Positions 49,501-62,245 of a stretch of DNA of 64,000 nt are shown one piece after another. Made by a program: the position numbers and the translations under genes. The notes below the pieces were generated by a model that was not told the DNA's origin, made no database searches, and saw only the letters and a program-made list of their open reading frames with translations. Numbering within the stretch: position 1 is the stretch's first letter; each line of letters opens with the position of its first letter. The DNA comes from Heterodontus francisci. Its lineage: Eukaryota. The stretch spans positions 195,197,255 through 195,261,254 of the forward strand of contig NC_090371.1 in assembly GCF_036365525.1 (NCBI RefSeq), in the 5' to 3' direction.

Positions 49501-51670
49501 GCCGTCACCCGCCCCCCCCCCACCACCCCAGAGCGCGGGAAGGCTGGAAGCTATCACTAGGCAGCCTTTCACGTCCCCAGCACACCCGCTTGCCATGGGC
49601 AAATTACCCGTGGAGGTGGGCGTGAGCCTTTAAGTGGCTGTTAAGTGGACGGCTGTTCCCTCCACCCACCACCCCCACCCAACCCCCACCGCCCGATCGC
49701 TGTAAAGTCGACCGGAGGCGGAAGTGGGGCAGGTAGGCCTCCCGGAGCCTCCCGCTCAATTTTACACCACCCCCAAGCCGCCCCCACGTCACCAACTGAC
49801 CCACTGGGGCCCTGTAAAATTCAGCTCTATGTATCTGTGTTCTGGGAAAGACTCACGAAAGCTTGCGGTGTAGCTCAGGAACACCTTAAAGCATCCCAAG
49901 CCATTATGAAAAAATGGGCAGTCAAGAATGCAAAATCCCATGATTTTCAACCAGGGGATGAAGTAATAGTATTGTTACCGTTACAGGGAGAACCATTAAA
50001 AGCACTGTTCAGTGGCCCATATAGAGTGGTCAAGAGTAGGTAAGGTACTTTACTTGATTGACACCCCTGATCGCTGGAAGAAGAACCGGTTGTGTCACAT
50101 CAATATGCTGAAGCAATATTACCACAGGGAGGAGGATAAGTTAGTATAGGTATGTCAGGTAATCGAGACTGTTCAGAAGGAAAAAGATAGTGAGGATGAG
50201 GCAGAAGCAGACCTAGGAAATTCTCAGAATGAACCTCCGACTACCAGATTAGCGAATATAGAATGGCTAGGAAAATTAGACAATATGCTTTTGCACTTTG
50301 AGGCAAAACAGCGTAAAGACCTAACCAGGCTTTTCATAACTTTTAAACGAGATCATAGGGATAAACCGGGATATACAACCTTAGCCACACATGATGTGGG
50401 TATAGGGGGAACCATTCCTTTAAAACAACATCCTTGCCACTTAGGTCCAGACAGACAGGCTCAAGTGGATGGCAGAGGTCCAATTCATGCTGAAGGACAG
50501 CTTAGTTGAACCTAGACAGGACAGCTGGAATTCACAGGTGGTCTGGATGCCTAAACCTGATGGGTCGGCTCAAACTTGCATAGACTATAGAAAAGTCACT
50601 GTGGTAAAGAAGCAGACTCCTACCCAAATTCTCATTTAGAAAACTGTATGTACAGAGTGGGCAACACCATGTGTCTTAAAGAGACAGATGTGTTGGAGGG
50701 ATACTGTTAAAATTCCTCTGACACCTCAAGAACAGGAAAAGTCAGCTTCTGTTGCACCAGATGGAGTTTTCCAGTATCAAGTGGTGCCACACGGGTTAAG
50801 GGGTATTCGAGAAACTTCTCAGAGAATAAGTGAATCCAGTAGTGGTCAGTGCTCCTAGCTGAGGTGATGGACAATAAGGACACTTGGAAGGAAAACACGA
50901 AACAACTGGGAGACTATGTTTGGAAATTTGAAATGGGCTAATTAGGACAACCTTTGCAAAATTTAAAGCCAAAAAAGTTTTGATGGAACTTGTTACTGTA
51001 ATCTTACCATTTTAGAAAAACTGTATATCTATATATCAGGGGAAAAAAGTTAGTGTTTTTCAATTTCTATTTTTTACATTGTAATGAAACACATTTTAGG
51101 AATTCGTTTCATTTCGCCGGGGCAGAGGTGTCATGATCATGTGTTTTTTTTCTCCTCGGGAAATATTGCGGTGCGCCTTTAAGGCTGTAAAAGATCACTA
51201 CATCTTTCAGGCAGCCATCTCCAAGAGACTGAGTGAAGGTGCATTCTGGTTGCTTAGCTACAACCATACAGAGAGGGAGAACAGACATACGATGTATCCA
51301 TTTTGATTTTGAAAACTGGCTAACTGATTTGTTCAAAGACAGACAGACACAGCTTTGCTAGCACCTGAAGGGAGAAAGAAGAGCTCTCTAAGACAATTTG
51401 TTTAACATCTCTCTCAAAATTCTAAAAACTTCAAACCAGATTTATTTCTTAAAGAAATAACAAATTATTGATCTACGGTGTTAATTGTTGAACTGAACTG
51501 CTGAACTGGATTGCTTAACTGAACTGCTGAATTGAACTGCCGAATTACTATCGTCGGATTCACCGGACCTTGGAAGACTGCAAGTGTACTTTGACTGTGT
51601 TGTATCAGATGACCATTCGTCAGGAAGCGTAATCTGCAAAAATGTTATTGTTATTTCTATTTTTTTTCAG
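46545..51670 (+). mobile_element. Gmr1-type Gypsy element, 5'-truncated and decayed: gag, PR, IN, RT remnant, 3' LTR from 51129
   Basis: Gag YELVPEAYRKKF; protease region LLLGNNLAG; integrase VLVDCVGPLP...SDQGSNF...AYHPQS and FSGPY; then RT remnant PLKQHP...CIDYRKV; PPT GGGGCAGAGG followed by TGTCATG. Right end approximate. Confidence 0.88.
49095..49827. mobile_element. Harbinger-type MITE (TSD TAT) inserted in the Gypsy integrase
   Basis: GGGCTGGATTTTAC ... GTAAAATTCAGCTC with TAT on both sides; the integrase frame reads LDY|VSVFWERL across it. Confidence 0.88.
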
Positions 51671-53884
51671 GCAGCCCTTTTCTGTCTTCGCCATGCTGAG
51701 ATTCCACACATAAGATGGGCCGGAGGGACTGTTTCTATGCTGTATGACTCTATGACTCTATAAGATCATTCAGAACCATTCAACAAAATTTTAGTACAGT
51801 CTTCAGGAGGCTTCTTTCCGCTTTAAAGACCTCTTCGCCGTCCTTTAGCTGCAGCACCACTGTATTTTCCTAGCTGGAAATAGTGGGTGCTATGGAGATC
51901 CCTCCAAACCCCCCACTTACTTCCCTAATGAGGCTCAAGTCAGGAAAGTAGATGGGGGTCACAGGCTGACTCATCCCCAGGGGCAGGACATCACTGAGTG
52001 ACAGTGGACCACTGTAAGGGACGGAGGCAGAACAGCTAGTGGCCATGTCCGTATCAGTACCAACAACATTGGTAGAAAGAGGAATGAGGTCTTGAAAGCA
52101 GATTTTAGGGATCTAGGAAACAGACTAGCAAGCAGGACCTCAAAGGTAGTTCACTCCAGATTACTCCCATTGCCAAGCACTGGTCGGCATAGAAATAGGA
52201 GGATAGAGCAGATGACTGCGTGCCTGGAGGGACGGTGCATGACAGAGGGCTTTAGATTCCTGGGACATTAGGAGGAGTTCCGTTGGAGATGAGCCCTGTA
52301 AAGGTCAGACAGGTTGCACCTGAACAGAGCCAGGATCAATGTCCTGACGGTACCTTTTGCTAGAGCTATTGGGGAGGGTTTAAACTAATTGGCAGGGGGT
52401 GGGAACCAGAATGTAGCATTAGAAAGGAGAAACAAGGTTTGCAAAGGATTGGGAAAAGCAGATAGCACTGGAATAAGAAATAGTAAGGTATTAGGTGGTG
52501 TCAGATTAAGAGGTAATGCAATAAGATCAATATTATGTTTACAGTGCATGTATGTAAATACATGGCAAACACATCTGGTGAGCTTCAGGCACAAATAGCT
52601 ACATGGAAATATGATGTTGTGGTGTTAACAGAAAGGGCAGGACTGGGTACTAAATATTCCCGGATACAAGGTGTTCAGGAGGTGTGGTAGTATTGATTAA
52701 GGAGAATATTACAGCCCTGGAGAGAAACAATGTCCTGGGGGCTTGGGGGCGGAGGTTCAAAGACAGTGTCTATGTGGTTGCAGTTAAGAAATAATAGAGG
52801 TACCATCACACTACTGGGTTTATTCTATAGGTCACCAACTAGCGGGAAAGATGTAGGGGAGCAAATTTGCAGGGAAATTACAGATAGATACAAAAACTAT
52901 AGAGTAGTGATAAGGGGGGACTTCAATTATTCCAATATAGGCTGGGATTGTAGTAGTGTAAAGGACATAGAGGGGAAGAGTTTCTGAAGTACGTTCAGCA
53001 GAATTTTCTTGATTAGTATGGTTCTGGCCCAACAAGGAAGGAGGCATTACTGGATCTGGTTCTGAGGGATGGGGTAGGTCAAGTGGATTAATTGTCAGGT
53101 GGATAACGTTTAGAGAACAGTGAACATAAGGATTAGATTAACCATGGAATTGGACAAGGAGCAATCTAAAGTATAAATACTAAATTGGAGGAGGGCCAAT
53201 TTCACTGGGATAACAATGAATAGAGAGTAAGATGAAGCAGAAAACGGGGTGTATGACAGATGTTAGGTTGATAATACAAGTAAGAACCAGGCTGAATATA
53301 GAGCATTGAGAGGGGAAGTGAACAAAAAAATCAGAGAGGCAAAGAGAGAGTTTGAGAATAGCATGGCAGCTAGCATAAAAGGGAATGCCGAAGTCTTCTA
53401 TCAGCATATTAGTAGTAAAAAGGTAGTAAGAGGAGGGGTGGGGATGATTAGGGACCAAAAGGGGGTTCTACAAATGAAAATCGAGGGTATGGCTGAGGTA
53501 CTAAATGAGTACTTTGCATCTGTTATTACCAAGGAAAAGGATGCTGCGAAAGTTATAAAGAAGGAGGAAGTAGTTAAAATACTGGACAGGCTATAAATTG
53601 ATAAAGAGGTGATATTAGAAAGGCTAGCTTAAAGTTGATAAGTCACCAGGACTGGATGGGATGCATCCAAAGATAATGAGGGAAATAAGGGTGGAAATTG
53701 CGAAGGTACTGGACATAATCTTCCAATCCTCCTTAGATATGGGGGTGCTGCCAAATGATACACAAAGAAAGGTTTAAGGATAAACCCAGCAACTAAGGAC
53801 CAATCAGTATAACAGCGGTAGTGGGAAAGCTTTTAGAAACAATAATCCAGTACAAAATTAACAGTCACTTGGACAAGTGTGGAT

Positions 53885-55188
53885 TGTCAAGAAAACGTGC
53901 TGTGCTAAATGAGGATTTTTAATTCATTGGTTGGAATCCTACATTTAACTTTTAAAAAAGCTGGCAGCCAAGATGGTCACCACAATTTGCATCTGAATAC
54001 CTTACACATCAAGGTATCAAATGAGAGATGGATACTTCTGGGTACTGCCTGTGCGGAATTTGCAAATTCTCCCTGTGACCGCGTGGGTTTTTGCCGGGTG
54101 CTCCGGTTTCCTCCCACAGCCAAAGACTTGCAGGTTGATAGATAAATTGGACATTGTAAATTGCCCCTGGTGTAGGTAGGTGGTAGGAGATGGTGGGGAT
54201 GTGGTAGGGAATATGGGATTAATGTAGGATTAGTATAAATGGGTGGTTGTTGGTCGGCACAGACTCTATGACTCTATGATATCTGAGCTAACCACCACTA
54301 GAACAATGTCTCATGAATTTGGAATCAGCTAACAGCTTCACTTCTAATGGCAAAGCATTCAAAGCCATCTTGGAACATTAACAGTGGTGACATACCTCCA
54401 GGCGGTGAACATTGAAACAATGAGACCTGAGAGAGATTGAGAATTCCTAGGCTTGAACCTAATTAAATTAAAAACAAGGAAACTGGACAATCATGTCACC
54501 ACCTTCCCATCTGTGAAGAATTGACAGTCTTTTGCAAAAGGATAAGCTCCTGAGACTTTGAAGCAAATAAGCTTTGATTGCTAACCCGATAAGACTCCAG
54601 TGGGGCCCTCTCTCTCTTTTTCTCTAGATATACTGCAAGTTTTGAAACCTGTCTGCGACTGTGGAACATCTAAGTCTACCGTTGCTACAGACAGAGGCCT
54701 GGGGAAGAAAGTCACCTACAATTCTGTCTCCAAGAAAAACTAGAACCAGGTGGGCCAGCCGCAAAGTGCACTTCTACCAGCCAGAAACTTCAAGATTACA
54801 ACTTCAGCTGGAAGACAAGGGAATTACCAGACCCCAGAGACTTTATATTATATTTATTTGTTCTGGACTCTAATCCAACTCAACTATCCCTCAATACTCT
54901 TTAACCTGTTTGTGTGTGTGATTCTTGTGTGTGTGTGTGTGAGTGAAAGTGTAGCATAATTTTATTATTTTATCTAGATTTTTTTAAGTACAATAAACTA
55001 ACCTCTTTTTTGTTTAAACTCAAGAAAACCTGTCTGATTCTTTTATGATCACAATAAAAGTAAAAGGTTAAACACTCACTGAGGTGGTAAGCACATCTAC
55101 TGTTTTAAAAGGAATAAACCCTGTCACGGTCAAACAAGGAGAAGGACAAGAGGGGAGCCTTGTGACCCCTCCTCACCTGATCATAACA
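53885..55188 (+). mobile_element. Solo LTR with perfect 4-bp TSD GGAT
   Basis: TGTCAAG...CCTCACCTGATCATAACA. GGAT on both sides. 3' end resembles the other Gypsy LTRs in the window. Confidence 0.85.
54036..54279 (+). mobile_element. 5'-truncated HE1/V-SINE-type SINE inside the solo LTR
   Basis: TTCTGGGTACTGCCTGTGCGGAATTTGC...GGTCGGCACAGACTC. Confidence 0.85.
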
Positions 55189-55467
55189 GGATGAATTAGG
55201 GAAAGCCAGCATGGATTTGTTAAAGGCAAATCATGTTTAACTTTCTTGAATGAGTTAGTTACACAATTGTTCAAAAAATGGTGTAAGAATAAACCCAGCA
55301 ACTAACGACCAATCAGTATAACAGCGGTGGTGGGAAAGTTTTTAGAAACAATAATCTGGGACAAAATTAACAGTCACTTGGATAAATGTGGATGAATTAG
55401 GGAAAGCCAGCATGGATTTGTTAAAGGCAAATCGTGTTTACCTAACTTGAATGAGTTTTTTGATGAG

Positions 55468-56598
55468 TCATAGTGTCATTGACAGCATAGAAGGAGGTCA
55501 TTTGATCCATTAAGTCTATGCCGCCTCACCGTGGAGCAATCCAGTGAGTTCCACTCCCCTGCTCGATCCCTGTAGCCCTTGCAAGATTATTTCCTTCAAG
55601 TGCCCATCCAATTTCCTTTTGAAATCATTGATTGTCTCAGCTTCTACCGCCTTCATGTGCAGCAAGTTCCAGGTCATTACCACTCGCTGTGGAAAAAAGT
55701 TCCTCCTCACATTCCCCCTGCATCTCTTATCCAAAACCTTCAATCTGTGTCCCCTAGTCCTTGTACCATCAGTTAACAGGAACAGTTTTTCCTTGTCTGA
55801 CTTATCTATGCCTGTCACAATCTTGTACACCTCTATCAAATTTCCCCTCAGTCTCCTTTATTCCAAGGAGAACAATCTCCCAGCTTTTCCAACCTAACCC
55901 TGTAACTAAAATCCCCCATCCCTGGAACCATTCTGGTAAATCTCCTCTGCACCCTCTCAAGGACCCTCACAACCTTCCTAAATGTGGTGACCAGAACTAG
56001 GTGCAATATTCCAATTGGGGGCCTAACCAGAGCTTTGTAAAGGTTCAGCATACCTTCCCCTGCTTTTGTACTCAATACCTCTATTTATGGTCCCATATTC
56101 TTTCCTAACCACTCTCTCAATATGTCCTGCCACCTTCACAGATCAATGCACCTGCAACCCCAGATTCCTCTGTCCCTGCACATTCTTTAGAACTGCTCCA
56201 TTAAGTATGTATTGCCTCTCCCTATTCTTTCTGCCAAAATGCATCACCTCACACTTGTCTGTATTATATTCCATCTGCCACTTGTCTGCCCATTTTGCTA
56301 GCCTATCAATGTCCTGCTGTAGGCGGTTCATATCATCCTCACTGTTTGCCACTCCTCCAAGTTTGGTATCATCGACAAATTTTGAAATTCTATTCTGTAT
56401 TCCAAGATCCAAGTCATTTATATATATCAAAAAAAAGCAGTGGTCCTCACACTAACCCTTGGGGAACACCACTGTCTACCATCCTCCAGTCTGAAAAATA
56501 ACCATTTACTCGCTGTTTTCTGTACTTAAGCCAATTTATATTCAATTGGACACTGACACTCCTATTTCATGAGCCTCAATTTTGTTAACCAGCCTTTT
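55468..56598 (-). mobile_element. CR1 3' fragment inserted antisense into the host CR1
   Basis: ORFs 56143-56430 (YINDLD...KFVDD), 55848-56075 and 55516-55839. The host resumes ATGAG|GTAACAGAG. Confidence 0.88.
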
Positions 56599-57902
56599 AT
56601 GAGGTAACAGAGATGCTTGATGATGGTAATCAGGTTGATGTGATGTACATGCACTTCCAAAAGACATTTGATAAAGTGCCACATAATAAACTTGCCAGCA
56701 AAGTTGAAGCCCATGGAATAGGAACATAGGAACATAGGAGCAGGAGTGGCCCATTCCGCCTGTCGAGCCTGCTCCGCCACTCAATTAGGTCATGGTTGAT
56801 CATTTAGCCCAATGCCACTTAAATGGCCTACCATAAAAGGCTCAGTGACAGGAAACAGAAAGTAGTTGTGAACGGCTGTTTTTCGGACTTGAGGAAGGTA
56901 TACAGTGGGGATCCCCAGGGGTCAGTTTGAGAAACACTGCTTTTCTTGACATATATTAATGACCTAGACTTAGGTGTACCAGGGCACATTTTCAAAATTT
57001 GCAGATGATACAAAACTTGGAAATACTGTGAACTGTGAGGAAGATAGTGATAGACTTCAAGAGCACACAGACAGTCTGGTGGAATGGACAGACACGTGGC
57101 AGATGTAATTTAATGCAAAGAAGTGTGAAGAGGTAGGAAAAACGAGAGAGGCAATATAAAATAAAGGGTACAATTCTAAAGGTGGTGCAGGAGCAGAGAG
57201 ACCTGAGGGTTCATGTGCACAAATATTTGAAGGTGGCAGGGCATATTGAGAAATGGTTGAAAAGGCATACAGGATCCTGGGCTTTATAAATAGAGGCATA
57301 GATTATGAAGGCAAAGAAGTTATGATAAAACTTTATAAAACTCTGGTTTGGCCTCAACTGGAGTATTGTGTCCAATTCTGGGCAGCGCACTGAGAAAGGA
57401 TGTGAAGGCTTTAGAGAGGGTGCATAAAAGATTTATTAGAATGGTTCCAGGGATGAAGGACTTCAGTTATGTGGATAGATTGGAGAAGCTGTGGTTGTTC
57501 TTCTTAGAGAAGAGGAAGTTGACAGGAGATTTGAAAGAGATGCTCAAAATCATGAGGGGTCTAGAGAAAGTAGATAGAGAAAAAACTTTCCATTGGTGGA
57601 AGGATCAAGAACCAGAGGAGACTGATTTAAGGTGATTGGCAAAAGAACCAACGGTGGCATGAGAAAATTCATTTTTGCACAGCGAGCGGTTAGGATCTGG
57701 AATGCACTACCTGAGAATGTGGCGGAGCAGATACAATCAGGAATTAGATAAGCACCTTTCAAAGGGAAATTAGATAAGCACCTGATGAGAAAAATTTTCC
57801 AGGGCTGGGGAGTGGGATTAGCTGTGTTGGTCTTGCAGAGAGGCAGCGCAGACACGATGGCCGAATGGCCTCCACCTGTACTGTAACATTCTATGATTCT
57901 AT

Positions 57903-58489
57903 GGACTGGATCTTGCCAGCCCTTTGAGGGAGGGCTGGGAAATGAGAAGGCTGGCAAAATTGCATGGGAAGGCATCGGGGGATGACCAACATCTTCCTGC
58001 CACCATGCCATTTGGCCAGCGGTGGGAAAGATGGAAGATCAGCCACCCATCGGGAGGCCAATTGAGTAGACAATTAAGGGCCACTTGCCACCTCCACATG
58101 CATTTTTCCCACATTGGGAGGGCCCGCAGTCACACTGGAAGGCAGCTCAGTGAAACCTGGGAGCCTCCGTAATAGGGCCTTAATATTCTGCCTGCTTGCT
58201 TGCCAGACCCCGGTGACCCCTAACTCCACTTACCCCTCTTCGAAGGCACCCGGCCATTGAGCTGCCCTCATCCTGAAGCTGTAGCCTCAGCAACGGCCAC
58301 TGCTAGTGGTGGCGCTGCTGAGATTGCTGAGCTGACAGCCCTCTGATTGGGCTGGCAGTTCCACTGCAACCATCTAATTGGCTGCCACTGGTAAAATGTG
58401 GTCTCCACTCCCGCCACCCACCCAAATGGGGTCATCTCCCACTTTCAGCCCCAGTGACAGCACTTCTCCGTCTCAGAAAAATTCCAGTC
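57903..58489. mobile_element. Harbinger-type MITE inserted in the CR1 microsatellite tail
   Basis: GGACTGGATCTT ... AAAATTCCAGTC, flanked by (ATTCTATG)n on both sides. Confidence 0.7.
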
Positions 58490-61400
58490 TATGATTCTAT
58501 GATTCTAAAACTCTCCTGAAGGAAAATCCAACTCAAAAAGGCAAATTGCAAATTTTGGAAATTTGAAATAAGTTCTGAAGAAATTTGTACACCCAATTCG
58601 TTAATCCATCTCTGTTCTTTTTAGATGTTGATGTACCAGTTGTGTACATCCAGTATTCTCTATAGATTCCATTCTGCCATTAGCTTTTCAGAGGAATAAC
58701 TCTTTTGCGTAGGTTTCACATGCCAAGAACCCAGCGCACTTGTCATCTATTCTTTGAGCCAAGGCAACAGAAGGTCATGTGCCATTAATTTCCCTGGGCA
58801 CTTTCCCAATCTATTGTCATAACTGCGGTGGAAGATCAACAAAAGACTTGGAAAAATGGTGCAAGAGGCTGTTCATGCTGTTTCGCTGAGACTTCTAACA
58901 ATCTTTTGCTGAAGTTGCAGCAGACAAACAGGGCAACCCCACAGAGGTATTTATCAAGTGTTACATGTTATTTGGTAGGAGGCATATATGTAATTATAGT
59001 TTAATTGTAAGTAGGTTGTGATGATTCAGTGTAATGGAAGCATAGCAATGAAGTGAGTTTCATGACATTGGGTTCTTGGCTGTAGCCTTTGGCATCAGTT
59101 TCATGAATCCCCAATTTTTTGGGAAGACAAAACTGAAATTGAAAACAATTGCATGTCCTTTTGCCTTCTAAGATTTCTGTTGCTTCAATCCTCCTGGTAC
59201 AGTCTGTACTAGCATTGACTTCATCTATTCTAAAGTATATTTGTTCAGAAGTACACATGTGACAAATTAGTAATGTGTAATTGTGGACAAAAAAGGGTCA
59301 TCAATCTAAAATCATGGAGACTCTGGTGATTATCAATCACTAATTGGAACATAATGAGCCATTAATTATCCTTACACTGAATGGTCAGCTTCAAAACTCA
59401 TGAGCAGTAATGACATATTGTTCATATTGCTATACTTGACTGTATCAATTCAAAGCAAGTAGTTTTATATTTCAGAACGGAATATACTAATTGAAAGCCA
59501 TTTTCTCATACTATCATTACCTAGCTTCTCCAGGGTAAATTTCCAAAAATGATTTGAAATAAACAACATCAGTCTTGTGTGACTCATTGACTGTCATGAA
59601 CTGAGAACTTAATTGGGTAATTTTAACCAATTAGAAAGCTGCTGCTTTTGACTTAACAGCCAGGAAATTCATAAACCTATTTCTGGTTAGCAATTAAAAT
59701 GTAGAAGGGTAATCTTAGCCCTGTTATAGCCTCCAGGGTTTAAAAAATTGACCAAAGTCATGGCTCTAAAAAAGAGTAAAGTAAATCATTTGTGAAATTT
59801 GGCACTAAGCCGGTTATAATATGTATGCAAAAATGGTCAAGGAAAAGACCAATCTTAGTGATCATAATGAAGGGGAAAAACATCTATGTCCTTTGGATTT
59901 GTTGTTTTGCATTAAAGAGATGGATGACCCAACAGCGTATTGGAAGCTGTTGGAGAGTGAAGAGAAAACTTGGACCTTAGCCAATTGTAATCTGAACTAT
60001 GTGAGACATATTTGCTTAGCTTTGAGGGAGGCAAATTTAATCATAAGTGACAGTTAAAAGTGTGGAAAGAAGTAGCAGGGGAAAAAAACAGACAGAATAC
60101 TCAAAAGTTGACAGTAGGGCAGATAGGAGATAAAAGGGCAGATATTCAGAGTGTTAGCAAAAGGCACTTTATACGGTTTTCCAGCAATAACCACATACTT
60201 GTATCAGAGACATTGCATCTTCTGATCCACTGCATCTAACTTAGGACAGGTGGTAAATTAAAGCATCCAATTTGGAAATATTCAAAGTTACTGTTCAAAC
60301 AAGCAGATTCAAACCACTTGACAGGTGCAAGTGAACATGACCTTATTGTGCTAGTGCCATTAAGGTGCAGAAAATGGCAACATAGGAGAAATCATACAAG
60401 AGACATGTTTCATGTAGTTAAAGAATTTGCATTAACAAAAAAGAATTGGGTAATCAGAATGTGAAAAGTTGACAGGGTTTCGATGGTGTTGAGCAATACA
60501 AAAGACAACAGAAAATGTATCAGTGAATTAAAATTGACATTGACATTTAAAAATAGCACAGACCAAAAATGTTCTGCAGGGGACAAAGATAGCCAAAAAA
60601 TTAGAAAAATTGGAGTGACATATTTCAATCTTCTGAGATAGAGAGCCAAAATATTCTCAAAGTTTTATTGTTCGATACATATGTTTAAAGTTAATCATCA
60701 ATAAGAATAAATAAACCTGAATTCTTTGGCCCTTCCTGGTGTGACAGGAGGGCACACTCACAGGCCAAGACCCAAATGCATGAGGTCCCAGCCTCTGCTG
60801 CCAGTATGAATTGGTTCTTGTAATGATCAGAACCTCTGCCCACCTATTACAAGGTCATCTCTGTAGAGAGGCTGCATGGCCAGGGGTGAGAGCTCCTGGT
60901 CCAAAGGTGCCCTTGGTCCAAGCCTTTCAAAGGCCTGGCATTGAAATGCTGACTGGTACACCCAGTGAGGAACTGTACCCACAAAAAACATACAGCCGAT
61001 TTAGAAAAAAAAACCTCTGGGAAATTCCTCTCCATCCCCGAAGGCAACCAAGCAAGTTCCAGTACACTACAACAGCTAATATCACTAATTGGAGCTGTTT
61101 CTCATTTATCTTCTATAAAATGAGATGCCTCCACTGTCAGAAACATGTCCAGCTCCTTTTAGAATACCTACTGAATCCATACTTATCATATACTCTGGCA
61201 ACCTATGCCAGAGGTCTATGACCTCCTGGCATCAAAACTATATCTATGCTTTCATATTTTACATTCATATACCCAAATCTCTCCTTTGCATAGCTCAAAT
61301 GATCTACCCACCTAAGCATTACTTTCATCATTTTATAAACTTGAATCATATCCTCTTGAAGTCCAAGAGGTAGAACTTATTCTAGGACCGACCAATGCAC

Positions 61401-61699
61401 ACTGAAACCAAGAGGCCTGATAAGCAATGGAAATTGTTCCTCGGGCTTCATCAGTATATTTGCCATAAATTGCCTGTGCTGGTCCATAGCAAGCTCACCC
61501 TAGCGAAGACTTCAACTTTGGGTTACCTGCCTCACCAGCAGTGGCTCTAAGTGAAGCCCCAGTGTGGGAGATGTGGGAGGGGGGTGGGGGGGAAGGGGGG
61601 TGGCGGTGGGTACGGGTGGGCAGGTAGTGTCATTGGACAAGCTCTGGGACTGTAGGCACCTGATCATGTATTTCCATTTACACAACATTACCCATCTCC

Positions 61700-62245
61700 C
61701 CTCCTGCCTTAGCGCATCCATGTCTTAGACACCTCCGGAATTAACTATTCCAATGCTCTCATGGCTGGCCTCTCACCTTGCACTGAGGCTATCCAAAACT
61801 CTGCCAACTCTATCCTAATGCGCATCAAGTCCTGTTCACTTATGACCCCTGTGCTCGCTGACCTACCTTAGCTTCAGGTTAGCAATGCCTTAATTTTAAA
61901 ACTCTCAAATCCCTCCAAGGCCTCGCCCCCTCCAGCCCTAGCACTGTTCCAGATCTCGGTGCTCCTGCAATTCTGGCCTCTTGTGCATCCCTGATTTTAG
62001 TCACACCACCACCAACAACTGTGCTGTCAGCTACCTAGGCCCTAAGTTCTGGAATTCACTCCCTAAACTTCTGTCCCTCTACCTCTCTCGCCTCCTTTAA
62101 GATGATCCTTAAATCCTACCTCTTTAAGCATGCTTTTGATCACTTGTCCTAATATCTGCCAGTATCAGTGTCATATTTTGTTCCTGTAAAGAACCTTGGG
62201 ACATTTTGCTATGTTAAAGGCATATGTTGCTGTATTGTTGTTGTG
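61700..62245 (+). mobile_element. L2-clade LINE 3' fragment
   Basis: AACTATTCCAATGCTCTC...ATCCAAAACTCTGC...CTGGAATTCACTCCC...GTTAAAGGCATATGTTGCTG; matches 3930-4490. Confidence 0.78.

Larger units (their letters stand above)
51880..57902 (+). mobile_element. Decayed CR1 LINE (ORF1 esterase end, ORF2, 3' tail) with several nested insertions
   Basis: Esterase-like GTNNIG at about 52057; VVIRGDFNY; RT and C-terminal pieces at 56600-57700; (ATTCTATG)n tail. Confidence 0.85.

Noticed and set aside
58600-61400. Short ORFs in unique AT-rich sequence (e.g. 59821-60057, 60811-61221)
   Set aside because: No recognisable domains or exon boundaries; lengths are compatible with chance.
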